DNA of 64,000 bases from a virus (lineage: Duplodnaviria > Heunggongvirae > Uroviricota > Caudoviricetes), in IMG/VR virus record IMGVR_UViG_3300029747_000004; one strand, written 5' to 3'. The notes under the pieces were generated by a model. It saw only the letters and a program-made list of their open reading frames with translations. It had not been told where the DNA came from and searched no databases. The position numbers were made by a program, and so were the translations under genes. The first letter of the stretch is position 1. Each line of letters starts with the position of its first letter. This document shows, in pieces, positions 30,384 to 40,676 of the stretch.

Positions 30384-30655
30384 TGATGTTTGATATGTTG
30401 TACATCCAAGGTTATACGGCTGCATTGATGGATGTTCTTGAGGTTATGGAAAATATTCAAGATGATTTAAAACGGCATAAACGAAAGCAAAATTATAAAA
30501 CGTACAAAGCAATTATTGGATGTATGCTTCATAATCGCGTGATATTGCGTGAAAATCCGAATACATTTGTTCGATGTAATGATAATGCAAATGACGGGTT
30601 TGAAATATATATTGAAAGTAAAGGAGTGTATGATATAGATGAAAACAATAGTTGA
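30383..30655 (+). CDS. hypothetical protein
   Basis: RBS GAGGGGGGAGTAATGATG. Confidence 0.4.
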   Translation: MMFDMLYIQGYTAALMDVLEVMENIQDDLKRHKRKQNYKTYKAIIGCMLHNRVILRENPNTFVRCNDNANDGFEIYIESKGVYDIDENNS

Positions 30656-31061
30656 TTACTTAAAACAACATAAACAATTTACAGGGGAGATTGGAGGTTA
30701 CAAACTCAAACTTGAACTGATATGCAAAGACATAATAATGGAAATTCAAGGTGTAATGTGGTGTAAAGTTGATGCATATAGAATAGATATTTGTGAGGTT
30801 TTGCAGTTCCTATTTGAAAACTTTACGGAAATGGAAATCCGTTTTTGTGAAGAATGTGGCAAGCCTTATGACAGAGGGTTTACCGCAGAGAATGGAGATT
30901 GGTATTGTTGTGAAGAATGTTTTGAATCAACAATGGATAGGGATTATGGCAGAGGCAACTGGAGAGCTGCTAAAGAGGAAGGAGTGTATGGTGGTTGGTA
31001 TGAAGCATTAAGAGATGGTAAGTGGGAAGACACTGGAATCTACTGGACTGATTGGAACTAA
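30639..31061 (+). CDS. hypothetical Cys-rich protein
   Basis: ORF with RBS. Confidence 0.4.
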   Translation: MKTIVDYLKQHKQFTGEIGGYKLKLELICKDIIMEIQGVMWCKVDAYRIDICEVLQFLFENFTEMEIRFCEECGKPYDRGFTAENGDWYCCEECFESTMDRDYGRGNWRAAKEEGVYGGWYEALRDGKWEDTGIYWTDWN

Positions 31062-31077
31062 GAAAGGAGACAAAGTA

Positions 31078-31335
31078 ATGAAAAACACAAATAAGATTTA
31101 TACTCACGACGAAGCAATGCTAATCGTAGAAGAATTTGAAAATGTACTAAACGAATACGGAATTAAAGTTCCCAGTCCCGAAGATGATGAACGAGATGAG
31201 GAAAGTGAAACAGGGCTTTATGGAAGTACTTATAGTGATTTGCTTGACGCTGTTGAATATATGTTGATTGAAATTCTTAAGCGTCATTCAAATGATACAG
31301 AAGTGATTGAATATGAATTTTCTGGAAATGTTTAA
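31078..31335 (+). CDS. hypothetical acidic protein
   Basis: RBS AAAGGAGACAAAGTAATG. Confidence 0.4.
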   Translation: MKNTNKIYTHDEAMLIVEEFENVLNEYGIKVPSPEDDERDEESETGLYGSTYSDLLDAVEYMLIEILKRHSNDTEVIEYEFSGNV

Positions 31336-31353
31336 TTGAAAGGAGAATGAAAA

Positions 31354-32031
31354 ATGGGTTTGGATATGTATCTCGAAAGAATGCCTCGTTACGGAAACAC
31401 TACTCCAAGTGAAATTGGTGCAATCGAGAGCTATATGGATTGGAGACGGCAAAAAGAAAACAAAACGTACAATGGAACTATGGAAAAATGGTGCGGCGTT
31501 AGCTATAGCAAAGTACCGAAAGGCAAGGTACTGAAATTTTATAAAGAACATTGCAAGTTTTGCTATGCATATTGGGACACTGAAAAGAAATATTCTGGAG
31601 GATATAAAATTATTGAGGAAGTTGGCTATTGGCGCAAAGTAAATCAAATTCATAATTGGTTTGTTGAAAATGTACAGGACGGAGTTGATGATTGCAATTA
31701 TCATAATGAAGTAACTAAAGAAATTCTTGAAGAACTACTTGATATTTGCCAGAGAGTCATTGACAGTTGTGAACTCGTAAAAGGTAAGATTAAAAACGGA
31801 GAAACGCTAGAAAACGGCAAATGGGTTCCGATTATGGAAGATGGGCTTTACGTAAAAGATTCTAGTGTTGCCGAAGAATTGCTTCCTTGTTGCGAAGGAT
31901 TCTTCTTTGGTAGTTATAATTACGATCAATATTATGTAGATGATATCAAAAAAACGATTGACATTATTACGACGGTACTTGAAACAACCGATTTTGAAAC
32001 GCAAATGATTTATTACGTGAGCGATTGGTAA
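31354..32031 (+). CDS. hypothetical protein
   Basis: RBS AAAGGAGAATGAAAAATG. Confidence 0.45.
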   Translation: MGLDMYLERMPRYGNTTPSEIGAIESYMDWRRQKENKTYNGTMEKWCGVSYSKVPKGKVLKFYKEHCKFCYAYWDTEKKYSGGYKIIEEVGYWRKVNQIHNWFVENVQDGVDDCNYHNEVTKEILEELLDICQRVIDSCELVKGKIKNGETLENGKWVPIMEDGLYVKDSSVAEELLPCCEGFFFGSYNYDQYYVDDIKKTIDIITTVLETTDFETQMIYYVSDW

Positions 32032-32043
32032 GGAGGTAGCAAT

Positions 32044-32259
32044 ATGAAATTTGTAATGAAGGTAACAGAAACGCTTTCTCGAACAGTAGTTGTAGACGCA
32101 AATGATCAAGACGACGCAATTAGTAAGGTAGAACAAGCATATGACAACGAAGATATTGTGCTCGATTATAAGGACTATGATGGATATGACATTAGCGCAG
32201 TTCGTATTGCGTGCCCCGGAGACCTTGAGTGGTACGGGGAGCTGGAGGTAAAAGAATGA
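32044..32259 (+). CDS. hypothetical protein
   Basis: RBS AAGGAGGTAGCAATATG. Confidence 0.4.
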   Translation: MKFVMKVTETLSRTVVVDANDQDDAISKVEQAYDNEDIVLDYKDYDGYDISAVRIACPGDLEWYGELEVKE

Positions 32260-32786
32260 AAATATATACAGTAGAAAGAATGGATAAATTTGATTATGAC
32301 TTTTCAGTTGAGTTGAAGAAGTGCGGTTGCTTCTATGATAAAAAGAATGCACTTCAAAAGGCAAAAGAAGTGTATGAATCCATGTGCGGCGAATATGAAG
32401 ACGGCATGGCAAGATACGCTGACGAGGAAGATGAGGCCAGCGGCAAAACTCGTATTGAGGAGGATACAGAAAACGGATATTATTTGGTGGCGTTCGGTTT
32501 TGAAGAGCATTATGAATGTCATAGCGTAGCCGTTGAAGAGTACGAAATTGAAGATGAGCTTTCATATCGGGAAAAGCGAAATGTATATGACGAGTTGCGC
32601 GAAGGCTATCTGATTGAAGATATTAAATGTAAGCTCGAAGAAATGGAGGATTACACTGCAACAAATGAAGACTTGGAGAGTATAGCATATAAGGCACAGA
32701 GGACACTGGACAACAATGATTATTACTGGGATTCTTATTGGTGTACGCTGGAAAACGTAATTGAAGATTACTTCAGGGAGGCATAA
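32256..32786 (+). CDS. hypothetical acidic protein
   Basis: ATG overlapping previous stop. Confidence 0.4.
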   Translation: MKIYTVERMDKFDYDFSVELKKCGCFYDKKNALQKAKEVYESMCGEYEDGMARYADEEDEASGKTRIEEDTENGYYLVAFGFEEHYECHSVAVEEYEIEDELSYREKRNVYDELREGYLIEDIKCKLEEMEDYTATNEDLESIAYKAQRTLDNNDYYWDSYWCTLENVIEDYFREA

Positions 32787-32789
32787 AAC

Positions 32790-33206
32790 ATGAGCATGAG
32801 AGATTATACGGTTAATGACTACGGTCTTATAATGACAAGGGATATGCTGAAAACTATCTGCTCGAAATATTGTCCTGATTATACTAAAAAGAAATACGAT
32901 AATGACGAATGTGGCTTCAATAATGACTTGTATGAAGCGGGAATTGTAGAATATATTAGTGATTTCACTGGCGAGTCAATGGCAATTGATAATGATGGAA
33001 GAGATATTTATGATTCTGGTGAAACATACGAAGGCGACATAATCTATTATGTACCTGTTAAACAATATAGCACATTGTTTAAAGCGGCATATCACAACAT
33101 GGATGACATCATAAATGAATTCAGATGGTCTCTTCATGAGTATTTGCCTATTGATTTTGATTACAAGAAATATATTCGTCACATTGTAGGTACCTATTAC
33201 GGTTAA
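32790..33206 (+). CDS. hypothetical protein
   Basis: RBS CAGGGAGGCATAAAACATG. Confidence 0.4.
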   Translation: MSMRDYTVNDYGLIMTRDMLKTICSKYCPDYTKKKYDNDECGFNNDLYEAGIVEYISDFTGESMAIDNDGRDIYDSGETYEGDIIYYVPVKQYSTLFKAAYHNMDDIINEFRWSLHEYLPIDFDYKKYIRHIVGTYYG

Positions 33207-33241
33207 AGTTTACAACACAAAATGAATGGAGGTATATTATT

Positions 33242-34213
33242 ATGGCACACATGATTATGGAAACCGACCAGATGTTTAGTGTAAGAGAAAAGCCCTGGCA
33301 TTATGAACTCACGAAAGAACACACCAAAATTATTCAGGAAGCACCGAACTCAAGAGAAGCACTTGTTGCCGCAGGACTTGATTGGAATGTGGTATCTATG
33401 CCTGTGTATCAGGAAAACGGATTGCTGATTCCTGGATATAAGGCAAATGTAAGAGATAAGGATAATATGGTTCTTGGTATTGTGTCCGGAAGGTATAAAA
33501 TCGTACAAAATACAGAAGCATTCGAGTTCACTGATTCGCTGATTGGCGAAACCGAAAATGGAGAAGTGCGATATGAAACTGCAGGTTCACTCTATAACGG
33601 AAAGAAAGTGTGGCTACTTGCAAAGCTACCCACGACGAAAGTTCTTGATGATGATGTAGAACCGTATTTGTGTTTTGCAAACAGTTTTGACGGAAGTGGC
33701 GCTGTTCAGGTTTGCATCACAGGAATTCGCGTCGTTTGTCAGAACACACTCAATATTGCTTTGAACACTGCAAAGCGTAAGTGGTCTACCAAACATATTG
33801 GTGATATGCAGTCTAAGCTCGAAGAAGCGAAGCTGTGCTTGCGAATGGCAGACAGTTATATGGCCAACCTCGATGTCGAAGCTGACCGTCTTGCAAACGC
33901 GAAGCTTTATAGGGAACAGATTGAAGAGATTCTTGATGAAATGTTCCCTGTAGATGGCAACGCAAGCGAACGTAAGAAGAACAACATTGTACAGTTTAAG
34001 AACCAGTTCTGGACTGCATATGGTATGCCCGACATTCAGAAATTTGATGAAAGTGCATGGAAAGCTGTAAACGCTATGAGTGATGTTATTACCCATTCTG
34101 CTCCTCGCAGAAACACCGCAAGCTATAATGAAAACCGCTGGGGCAAGATAATGGACGGGCATATGCTCTTTGACCAGTTCAACAATCTTATTAATAAGAA
34201 AATTGCCGCATAA
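33242..34213 (+). CDS. DUF932-family phage/plasmid protein
   Basis: Overall pattern GLDW.V...P......G..........R.D....LG.V...Y...QN.EAF.F.D.L...E.AG.L..G..VWLLAKL...FANSFDGSGA...GIRVVCQNTL, as I recall for DUF932. Confidence 0.5.
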   Translation: MAHMIMETDQMFSVREKPWHYELTKEHTKIIQEAPNSREALVAAGLDWNVVSMPVYQENGLLIPGYKANVRDKDNMVLGIVSGRYKIVQNTEAFEFTDSLIGETENGEVRYETAGSLYNGKKVWLLAKLPTTKVLDDDVEPYLCFANSFDGSGAVQVCITGIRVVCQNTLNIALNTAKRKWSTKHIGDMQSKLEEAKLCLRMADSYMANLDVEADRLANAKLYREQIEEILDEMFPVDGNASERKKNNIVQFKNQFWTAYGMPDIQKFDESAWKAVNAMSDVITHSAPRRNTASYNENRWGKIMDGHMLFDQFNNLINKKIAA

Positions 34214-34259
34214 CAATACAAAATGAATACGGAATAATATGGGAAGGCGGTAATGATTT

Positions 34260-34892
34260 ATGGCAATGAACGGTGCTCTTTGGATGACCAATCATGAAGG
34301 TAAAATGAAGGGAATCAATAGCATTGGTACTTCGTGTGCAAACAACCCCTATTGCATTAAGCGTAGAGAGAACGGGGAAAGTGTATGTAGTCATTGTTAT
34401 GCCTCTACATATATGAAAATGAGAAAAAGTTTGCAGAACCATTTGAAGGACAATGCAAATATCTTGACTACTAGACTTCTTGAAGGAAAAGAAATCCCTG
34501 TAACAAATGCAAACGTTTTCAGATTTGAAAGTTTTGGAGATTTGTACAATGTAACGCATCTTGAAAATTATGTAAGGATTTGTGAAAGAAACCCGTATAC
34601 GAAGTTTGGTATTTGGACTAAAAACATTTGGCTGCTCAACGAACTGTTTAATCAGAACAAAGTTAAGAAGCCTGATAATTTGAGTATTGTGGTAAGTAGC
34701 CCAATGCTAAATGTGCAAATGGAACTTGATAAGGAAAAATATTGGATGGTAGATCATGTGTTTACCGTTTACGACAAGGACTATATTAAGAACAATGGAA
34801 TTGTGATTAATTGTGGCTCTAGAGACTGTCTTGGATGTCAGCGTTGTTATCATAATAATACTGATTTTTATGTAAGAGAAAAATTGAAATGA
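34260..34892 (+). CDS. hypothetical Cys-rich protein
   Basis: SCANNPYC...CSHCYA and CGSRDCLGCQRC clusters. Confidence 0.4.
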   Translation: MAMNGALWMTNHEGKMKGINSIGTSCANNPYCIKRRENGESVCSHCYASTYMKMRKSLQNHLKDNANILTTRLLEGKEIPVTNANVFRFESFGDLYNVTHLENYVRICERNPYTKFGIWTKNIWLLNELFNQNKVKKPDNLSIVVSSPMLNVQMELDKEKYWMVDHVFTVYDKDYIKNNGIVINCGSRDCLGCQRCYHNNTDFYVREKLK

Positions 34893-35690
34893 AAGAAGTG
34901 ATATATATGAATATTAATTATATTAAATGTGGTGATTGTGTACAGTTAATGTCTAAAATGGAAAATGATTGCATTGATCTTACAGTCACTTCTCCTCCAT
35001 ATGACAATTTAAGGAAATACAATGGTTTTGAATGGAATTTTGAGAATACTGCAAAAGAGTTGTATCGTATTACAAAACCTGGCGGTGTGGTTGTTTGGAT
35101 AATTGGAGATGCGACAATTAAAGGAAGCGAAACAGGGACGTCATTTAAGCAGGCTCTATTTTTTAAAGAATGTGGATTTAACATTCATGACACTATGATT
35201 TGGGGAAAAAACAGCAATGCTTCCAACACAAGATCGTTATTACAATGTGTTCGAATATATGTTTGTGTTTAGCAAAGGCAAACCAAAGGCTATGAATTTC
35301 ATAGAAGACAAGCCTAATGTGAATGGAGGTCGGAAACAAAGAAAAGATACTTGCATAAACAAAGGACATAATGAGAAATCGGACAGCTACTTTGTTCGAA
35401 AAGAAGTCGGAAGAAGAACAAATATTTGGCGTATACCAATTGGCAAAAACAAGGAGACACAAGGGCACCCGGCTCCATTTCCTGAACAATTAGCGAATGA
35501 TCATATTATTACATGGAGTAATCCAGGTGATATAGTATTTGATCCTTTTGTTGGAAGTGGCACGACACCCAAAATGGCAATGTTAAATAATCGTAATTTT
35601 ATTGGATTTGATATCTCAGAAGAATATTGCAATATTGCAGATAATAGGCTAAGACAATACAAAATGGATGGAGATGATAATTATGCTTAA
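34889..35690 (+). pseudogene. DNA N6-adenine/N4-cytosine methyltransferase (beta class), reading frame broken at a G4A6 homopolymer
   Basis: ORF1 carries motif IV TSPPY; ORF2 carries MIWGK-like continuation RYYNVFEYMFVFSKGKPK and motif I DPFVGSGTT; frames switch at GGGGAAAAAAC near 35203-35213. Confidence 0.6.
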
Positions 35691-36063
35691 GAATTATGTG
35701 CCGTCAAAATGGTGTAAAATCACAGAGTATCAGCTTGTGTTTGATGATCGTCGTCACAACGGATTCGGTTTCCCATGTGATGCAAATGGAAATCTACTAC
35801 AAAATGAAGAAGAGAATCCAGAAGCTTATAAAAATTTGCGCTGGTGCCTTGAACACCCAAATGAATTTGAACGATTTAATGAAGTTGTAAAATATACTCA
35901 TAATGTAAGAGATGATGCCCACGGAACCTGTCATTGTGGCAACGAAGTGTATCTGTATAATCAATATCATGGCGCTTGTCAATGTTCAGAGTGTGGACAG
36001 TGGTATAACTTATTTGGCGAAGAACTTTTGCCGCCAGAAGAATGGATTGAGGAGGAATTTTAA
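35683..36063 (+). CDS. hypothetical zinc-finger protein
   Basis: HGTCHCGNE...CQCSECGQ. Confidence 0.4.
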   Translation: MLKNYVPSKWCKITEYQLVFDDRRHNGFGFPCDANGNLLQNEEENPEAYKNLRWCLEHPNEFERFNEVVKYTHNVRDDAHGTCHCGNEVYLYNQYHGACQCSECGQWYNLFGEELLPPEEWIEEEF

Positions 36064-36540
36064 ATGAATATATGCACAATAAGAAAATTAGAAAAATTAG
36101 GCTTTGATAAAGATTGGTTAATGGTTGTTAAAAGTGAATGGAAGCCAAAGAAACGTGGTGCATATGATATGCTAATAACAGATATACAAAACTTATCTGA
36201 TGATCCTTTATATGGTACACGTATTGAACGTACAAAGTTTAATAATGATTATGACCTATCTTTAATTCTCAAATATTTTGAGGGAAATGCATATGTCATT
36301 GTAGAAGTAGACAGCAATGAAATTATCAGTAAAGGCATTCTTGATGATGGTGTTTTTGACATAATGCATTATTGGACACAAGAGAATTGGGATATATATA
36401 GTAATAAGGAGTTGGAGAGCGAGCGACAAATGCGGGCTGCAAGAAATGAAAGCATAATTAATAGACTCACAAGAGAAAATTATGAACTTCAAGTTGAAAA
36501 TGCAAAGTTGAGATTGCAGTTAAAGGAGAAACAAAAATGA
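36064..36540 (+). CDS. hypothetical protein with C-terminal coiled coil
   Basis: RBS GAGGAGGAATTTTAAATG. Confidence 0.4.
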   Translation: MNICTIRKLEKLGFDKDWLMVVKSEWKPKKRGAYDMLITDIQNLSDDPLYGTRIERTKFNNDYDLSLILKYFEGNAYVIVEVDSNEIISKGILDDGVFDIMHYWTQENWDIYSNKELESERQMRAARNESIINRLTRENYELQVENAKLRLQLKEKQK

Positions 36541-36689
36541 AACATATTGAAGCCACGAGCAAAGATGGTCGTTATATTAAAGTATCAGATGATGAAACTG
36601 GTAAGGATATTGGAATCTATTGCGACAACATAGAACAGGCAAACGAACTTATTATCAAACTTGTTGCTGAACTTTTGAAGGGAGAATAA
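36537..36689 (+). CDS. small hypothetical protein (50 aa)
   Basis: RBS TTAAAGGAGAAACAAAAATG. Confidence 0.3.
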   Translation: MKHIEATSKDGRYIKVSDDETGKDIGIYCDNIEQANELIIKLVAELLKGE

Positions 36690-36691
36690 AT

Positions 36692-36865
36692 ATGAAAATT
36701 GAAAATCTTATTTGTAAATTACAGGAACTTCAACATGAATACCCGAATGCCGAAATATATTTTACTGATGGAAATAGTCAAGAATGGTTTGAAACTTATT
36801 TTCAACATTTTAATATCGATGAAGAAAATAATAAAATTGAAATGCTATTTGATACGGAGGAGTAA
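36692..36865 (+). CDS. small hypothetical protein (57 aa)
   Basis: RBS GAAGGGAGAATAAATATG. Confidence 0.3.
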   Translation: MKIENLICKLQELQHEYPNAEIYFTDGNSQEWFETYFQHFNIDEENNKIEMLFDTEE

Positions 36866-36867
36866 TT

Positions 36868-37404
36868 ATGAAAGCACCTAAAAATTATAAAATTGGATAT
36901 AAACTTTTTGAAATGAGGGAAGACGGGAAGCTCTTCCCTCTCTTCATTTCTAAAGGAAAAGAAACTCCCATGAACGAATGGATTCCTGCAGAAAATAATC
37001 CCACCAAAGGATATGCTAGCCGTCCAGGTTGGCACTGTTCCATGACGGTGCCGGATGCACCACACCTTCGCGGTTATGACGGGAGCAATCTTGGGCCATA
37101 TAAAAGCAGGTTTAAGAATGGAAAGCGTGTTTGGTGTGAAGTTCTGTATAATACAACTGTAGATTACAGAGATGAGGTATCTAAATTACATAAGAAATGT
37201 TTCACGGATAAGCTTCCAACCAACGGATGGTATCTGTTCAACGAAGGAAACCGATCCACTTGGGCTATTTCTGATGCAATCAAAGTAATCCGTATTCTTA
37301 CAGAAGAAGAGCGCCAAGAGATTCTAAGGCAAATGAATTACAATGAATCCACGGCATTCGAACCGTACAAGAGAGCATTTAAAAAGAGAATGAAGTCTAT
37401 ATAA
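36868..37404 (+). CDS. hypothetical protein
   Basis: RBS ACGGAGGAGTAATTATG. Confidence 0.4.
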   Translation: MKAPKNYKIGYKLFEMREDGKLFPLFISKGKETPMNEWIPAENNPTKGYASRPGWHCSMTVPDAPHLRGYDGSNLGPYKSRFKNGKRVWCEVLYNTTVDYRDEVSKLHKKCFTDKLPTNGWYLFNEGNRSTWAISDAIKVIRILTEEERQEILRQMNYNESTAFEPYKRAFKKRMKSI

Positions 37405-37503
37405 AATTCCAAATATTTAAAATTGTCAGTCTTGACAATACGAAATGAATGAGTTACAATATACGTAATTCAATAGTAAATCGTTAATGAAAAGAGGTAT
37501 ACT

Positions 37504-37740
37504 ATGGAATGTTTGTTCAACTGTGAATCTAATAACTGCTGTGCGTACTGCAAGCATCATCACGCGTCAATGACCGTGCGGCAGATGAAAGTAAAGGAGT
37601 GTCTCCAGAAGGAGTGCCGTCATCTTGTTAAAAATGAAACGCATCAATACTGGCGGCAGAGAGAAAGAGTCAAACAAAATAAGAAACTTAAAAAGAAAAT
37701 GCTCAATAATTATATCATGTCGTTGAACGGAGGTATGTGA
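37504..37740 (+). CDS. hypothetical Cys/His-rich protein
   Basis: CFNCESNNCCAYCKHHH. Confidence 0.35.
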   Translation: MECLFNCESNNCCAYCKHHHASMTVRQMKVKECLQKECRHLVKNETHQYWRQRERVKQNKKLKKKMLNNYIMSLNGGM

Positions 37741-37742
37741 TA

Positions 37743-37958
37743 ATGAATAAAGCAAGAAGAAAAGAAATCCAGAAAATTATTAAGGATATTGAGAATTTGG
37801 TGCATAGCGTTCTAAGTGAAGAACAGGTGGCGTTTGACAATATGCCTGAAAACCTTCAAGGGTCTTATCGAGGTCAAGAATCAGAGGATGCACAGGGAAG
37901 TCTAGAGTCCGCAATTGATGCTCTTGAAGAAGCGATTTCATGTTTGGATGAAATTTAA
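37743..37958 (+). CDS. hypothetical protein
   Basis: ORF with RBS. Confidence 0.35.
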   Translation: MNKARRKEIQKIIKDIENLVHSVLSEEQVAFDNMPENLQGSYRGQESEDAQGSLESAIDALEEAISCLDEI

Positions 37959-38389
37959 TGAATGCTAGAAATTATTTTGAGTATAATGGAAAGAAATATT
38001 ATACTGGTACGGTTTTTGTTGTAAAGGATGGCAATAAACAGACTGATGCAACATTTATTTGTTATGATATGGATACTAAAAATTATATTTATAAAATTAA
38101 AAATTGGAGCGGAAATGATTGTAAAGTATTTGCGTATGAAAAATATTTTTACAACAATTTGGTATCTATAACAAATAAATTTGATAATACTGTTCGTTCG
38201 CCTATCATAAAGAAAAGAAAAGACACTCAAATAGACGGACTATTTTTGGGTTGGATGTGGTATATTTTTCTTATGGCAATAAGCGTTATTTTCAAAGATG
38301 CGATTGGATTATGGATTTTCGAATCAATTGTATTCTTTAATTGGAGAAAGAATAAAATCAAAAAGGAGGGTACTTACGTTGAGTGGTAG
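37958..38389 (+). CDS. hypothetical membrane-anchored protein
   Basis: C-terminal hydrophobic LFLGWMWYIFLMAISVIF. Confidence 0.35.
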   Translation: MNARNYFEYNGKKYYTGTVFVVKDGNKQTDATFICYDMDTKNYIYKIKNWSGNDCKVFAYEKYFYNNLVSITNKFDNTVRSPIIKKRKDTQIDGLFLGWMWYIFLMAISVIFKDAIGLWIFESIVFFNWRKNKIKKEGTYVEW

Positions 38390-39374
38390 ACATGAAAAGG
38401 AAATTAACCTAGAAAGAAGAATTAAAAATAGATTGCAAGATGCGCCCAGTGTTGTTGAAGAATTTTATTATAGTCTTATTGGTTCTGGAAGAACATATGA
38501 TACGGCATATTCTTATATTAATTGTGTACTTTCATTTATTAACTTTTTGCAACTTGAAAATGCAAAGCGATTTAATTCCACTAATAAAGAAAAATTTTAC
38601 GAATATGTAAAACCTATTGACATAAATAAATATATGACATCATTGCGCACAAAAAGAGTTAACGGAAAAGAAGAGCGAGCATCTGATAGCATTAGAAGCG
38701 TTCGGTGGTCTTCACTTAATACTTTTTTTCAGTTTTTGGTCCCAGATTATATTCAAGATAATCCTGTTGCAAATACACAACGTCCAAAAATGAAAGACAA
38801 TCCAAAAGTTACATACTTGAACCCAGAAGAAATTGCGAAAGTGCTATCTAATGTAGAAAAGACCGCACCTGAAAAGTTTAAGAACAGAGACCTTTGTATT
38901 ATGAAACTTGGATTTAGCACCGGACTCAGAGCGTCTGCTCTTATTGGAATTGATATTGACGATATTGATTTTAAGCACAATCAAATTAGAATTACTGAAA
39001 AGGGAGATTATGATAATTATGTGATTTTTGGAGATAATTTAAAAACGCAACTTATCGCTTGGATTAAAGATAGAGAAAAATATTTTCCAAAATGTGGTTC
39101 TAGTGCGCTATTTGTTTCAAGTTTTAATCAACGCATTAGTGATGATATGGTTGCGGTGATACTTAAACAGTATTCTAAGGGTGTAACTGATAAACATGTA
39201 ACTCCGCATGTTATGAGACATTCGTGTGCAACAAATTTGTACGAAGCAACTGGAGACATTTACTTGTGTGCAAAGCAGCTAAATCATAAACAAGTTTCGA
39301 CCACGCAAAGATATGCAGAGCTGTCTAAGGAAAAGCAAAAGCACGCTGCAAATATTCTGGATGGAATGATTTAA
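38379..39374 (+). CDS. int: tyrosine site-specific recombinase / integrase (TTG start)
   Basis: TGLRASALIGIDIDDIDF (Arg box), HVMRHSCATNLYEA...(H-x-x-R), RYAE (Tyr); RBS AAAAAGGAGGGTACTTACGTTG. Confidence 0.75.
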   Translation: MSGRHEKEINLERRIKNRLQDAPSVVEEFYYSLIGSGRTYDTAYSYINCVLSFINFLQLENAKRFNSTNKEKFYEYVKPIDINKYMTSLRTKRVNGKEERASDSIRSVRWSSLNTFFQFLVPDYIQDNPVANTQRPKMKDNPKVTYLNPEEIAKVLSNVEKTAPEKFKNRDLCIMKLGFSTGLRASALIGIDIDDIDFKHNQIRITEKGDYDNYVIFGDNLKTQLIAWIKDREKYFPKCGSSALFVSSFNQRISDDMVAVILKQYSKGVTDKHVTPHVMRHSCATNLYEATGDIYLCAKQLNHKQVSTTQRYAELSKEKQKHAANILDGMI

Positions 39375-39434
39375 AAAACCACGTATTTCCAGTTGATAAT
39401 ATGAATATTCATAATATATAATAATCCACGAAGG

Positions 39435-40361
39435 GTGGCAATACAAATGTATCAATCTGAAATGAAAGAAGGGTTTGTAGAAGACTATTTACGAAGTCGA
39501 TTTGTTGCACGCACGTCGTTAAATAGTCTATTTAAAAAAACAGAATTATTTGAGAACAAAAACGAAAAAGATTGTAGCCAGTTTGATGAGACCGAAGCGC
39601 TGGAAATGTACAGGGAGTTTAATGCCAAATCAGTTTATGTATTATTGAACTACAATACAATTATAAAATCATATTGTGCATGGAGGAAATATTATTATAA
39701 AGATAATGTAACTAATGCATATGATAGTTTAACAATTGAAATGCTAAAACCGTGCATATCTCCAGACAATATGATATTTTTAAGTAGAGATGAAGTAACC
39801 AGTATTGAGAATCAAGTATATAATTGGACGGATAGAGCCATTATAGAATGTTTATGGGAGGGCATTTCTGGACAGAGCATGCTTGATTTAGTGAGTCTTA
39901 ATAGAAATATGATTGACGTTGAGTGTAAAATATTATATTTTCCAGATGGTAGGCAAGTGCAACTAACTAACAGACTATGCAATTTGCTGTTAAAAGCATT
40001 CGACGAGATTGAATATGTATGTTATGGCAAAGATTTAACGGTCGTTAAGCTCAACGGACATGGTAGTTTATACAAAGAGCTTGAGAATGCACACGCTCAA
40101 GATTCAAATGATAAGTATTTTAGATGGGTTTATAGAAAAGTCAGAAACTGTAGAGATCATGTTGGTATGCCGGGGCTGACAATGAAAAACATTCAAACTA
40201 GTGGGATGTATTATTATCTATGTCAAGGGATACAAGAAACAGGGCTCGATTTAAGAAGTTTTTTAAAGTCTGAAGATGGAGAGTGCTTGATGGACAAATA
40301 TGGTTTTCAATCAAAATATCGTGTAGATAATGTATATCATCATTTTCAAGATTATATTTAA
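39435..40361 (+). CDS. integrase-like protein, possibly catalytically degenerate
   Basis: N-terminal SAM-like segment FVEDYLRSRFVARTSLNSL; no clear R-H-R-Y tetrad. Confidence 0.3.
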   Translation: MAIQMYQSEMKEGFVEDYLRSRFVARTSLNSLFKKTELFENKNEKDCSQFDETEALEMYREFNAKSVYVLLNYNTIIKSYCAWRKYYYKDNVTNAYDSLTIEMLKPCISPDNMIFLSRDEVTSIENQVYNWTDRAIIECLWEGISGQSMLDLVSLNRNMIDVECKILYFPDGRQVQLTNRLCNLLLKAFDEIEYVCYGKDLTVVKLNGHGSLYKELENAHAQDSNDKYFRWVYRKVRNCRDHVGMPGLTMKNIQTSGMYYYLCQGIQETGLDLRSFLKSEDGECLMDKYGFQSKYRVDNVYHHFQDYI

Positions 40362-40384
40362 TTGATAGCTTCAGGGGGTAGGGT

Positions 40385-40663
40385 ATGTTGCCGAAATATA
40401 TTATAAAAGATTTTATAGACCAATTTAGCATTTTAGACATTAAAAAGGCAAATGTACAAATTAGACATAGTTTTTATGGGAATCAAAAATCAAACCAATG
40501 CGATATTTGTCCATTTGTAGATGAAGATCGTATTGGTTTTATTAAAGATGATGGAGAGAAAGTGTATATAACATTTGATGAATTGTGTGAGGTTGGCATT
40601 GATAATGAAGGATGCTATCTTAAAAGTGATGTAATGGAATTATATATTAAATACATTTTTTAA
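40385..40663 (+). CDS. hypothetical protein
   Basis: RBS CAGGGGGTAGGGTATG. Confidence 0.35.
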   Translation: MLPKYIIKDFIDQFSILDIKKANVQIRHSFYGNQKSNQCDICPFVDEDRIGFIKDDGEKVYITFDELCEVGIDNEGCYLKSDVMELYIKYIF

Positions 40664-40676
40664 AAAGTGAGAAAGA

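Noticed and set aside
31807-32565. 252-aa minus-strand ORF overlapping three plus-strand genes
   Set aside because: It is antisense to colinear RBS-led genes, and its composition is junk-like.
33626-34291. 221-aa minus-strand ORF inside the DUF932 gene
   Set aside because: It is antisense to a gene with a recognisable family pattern.
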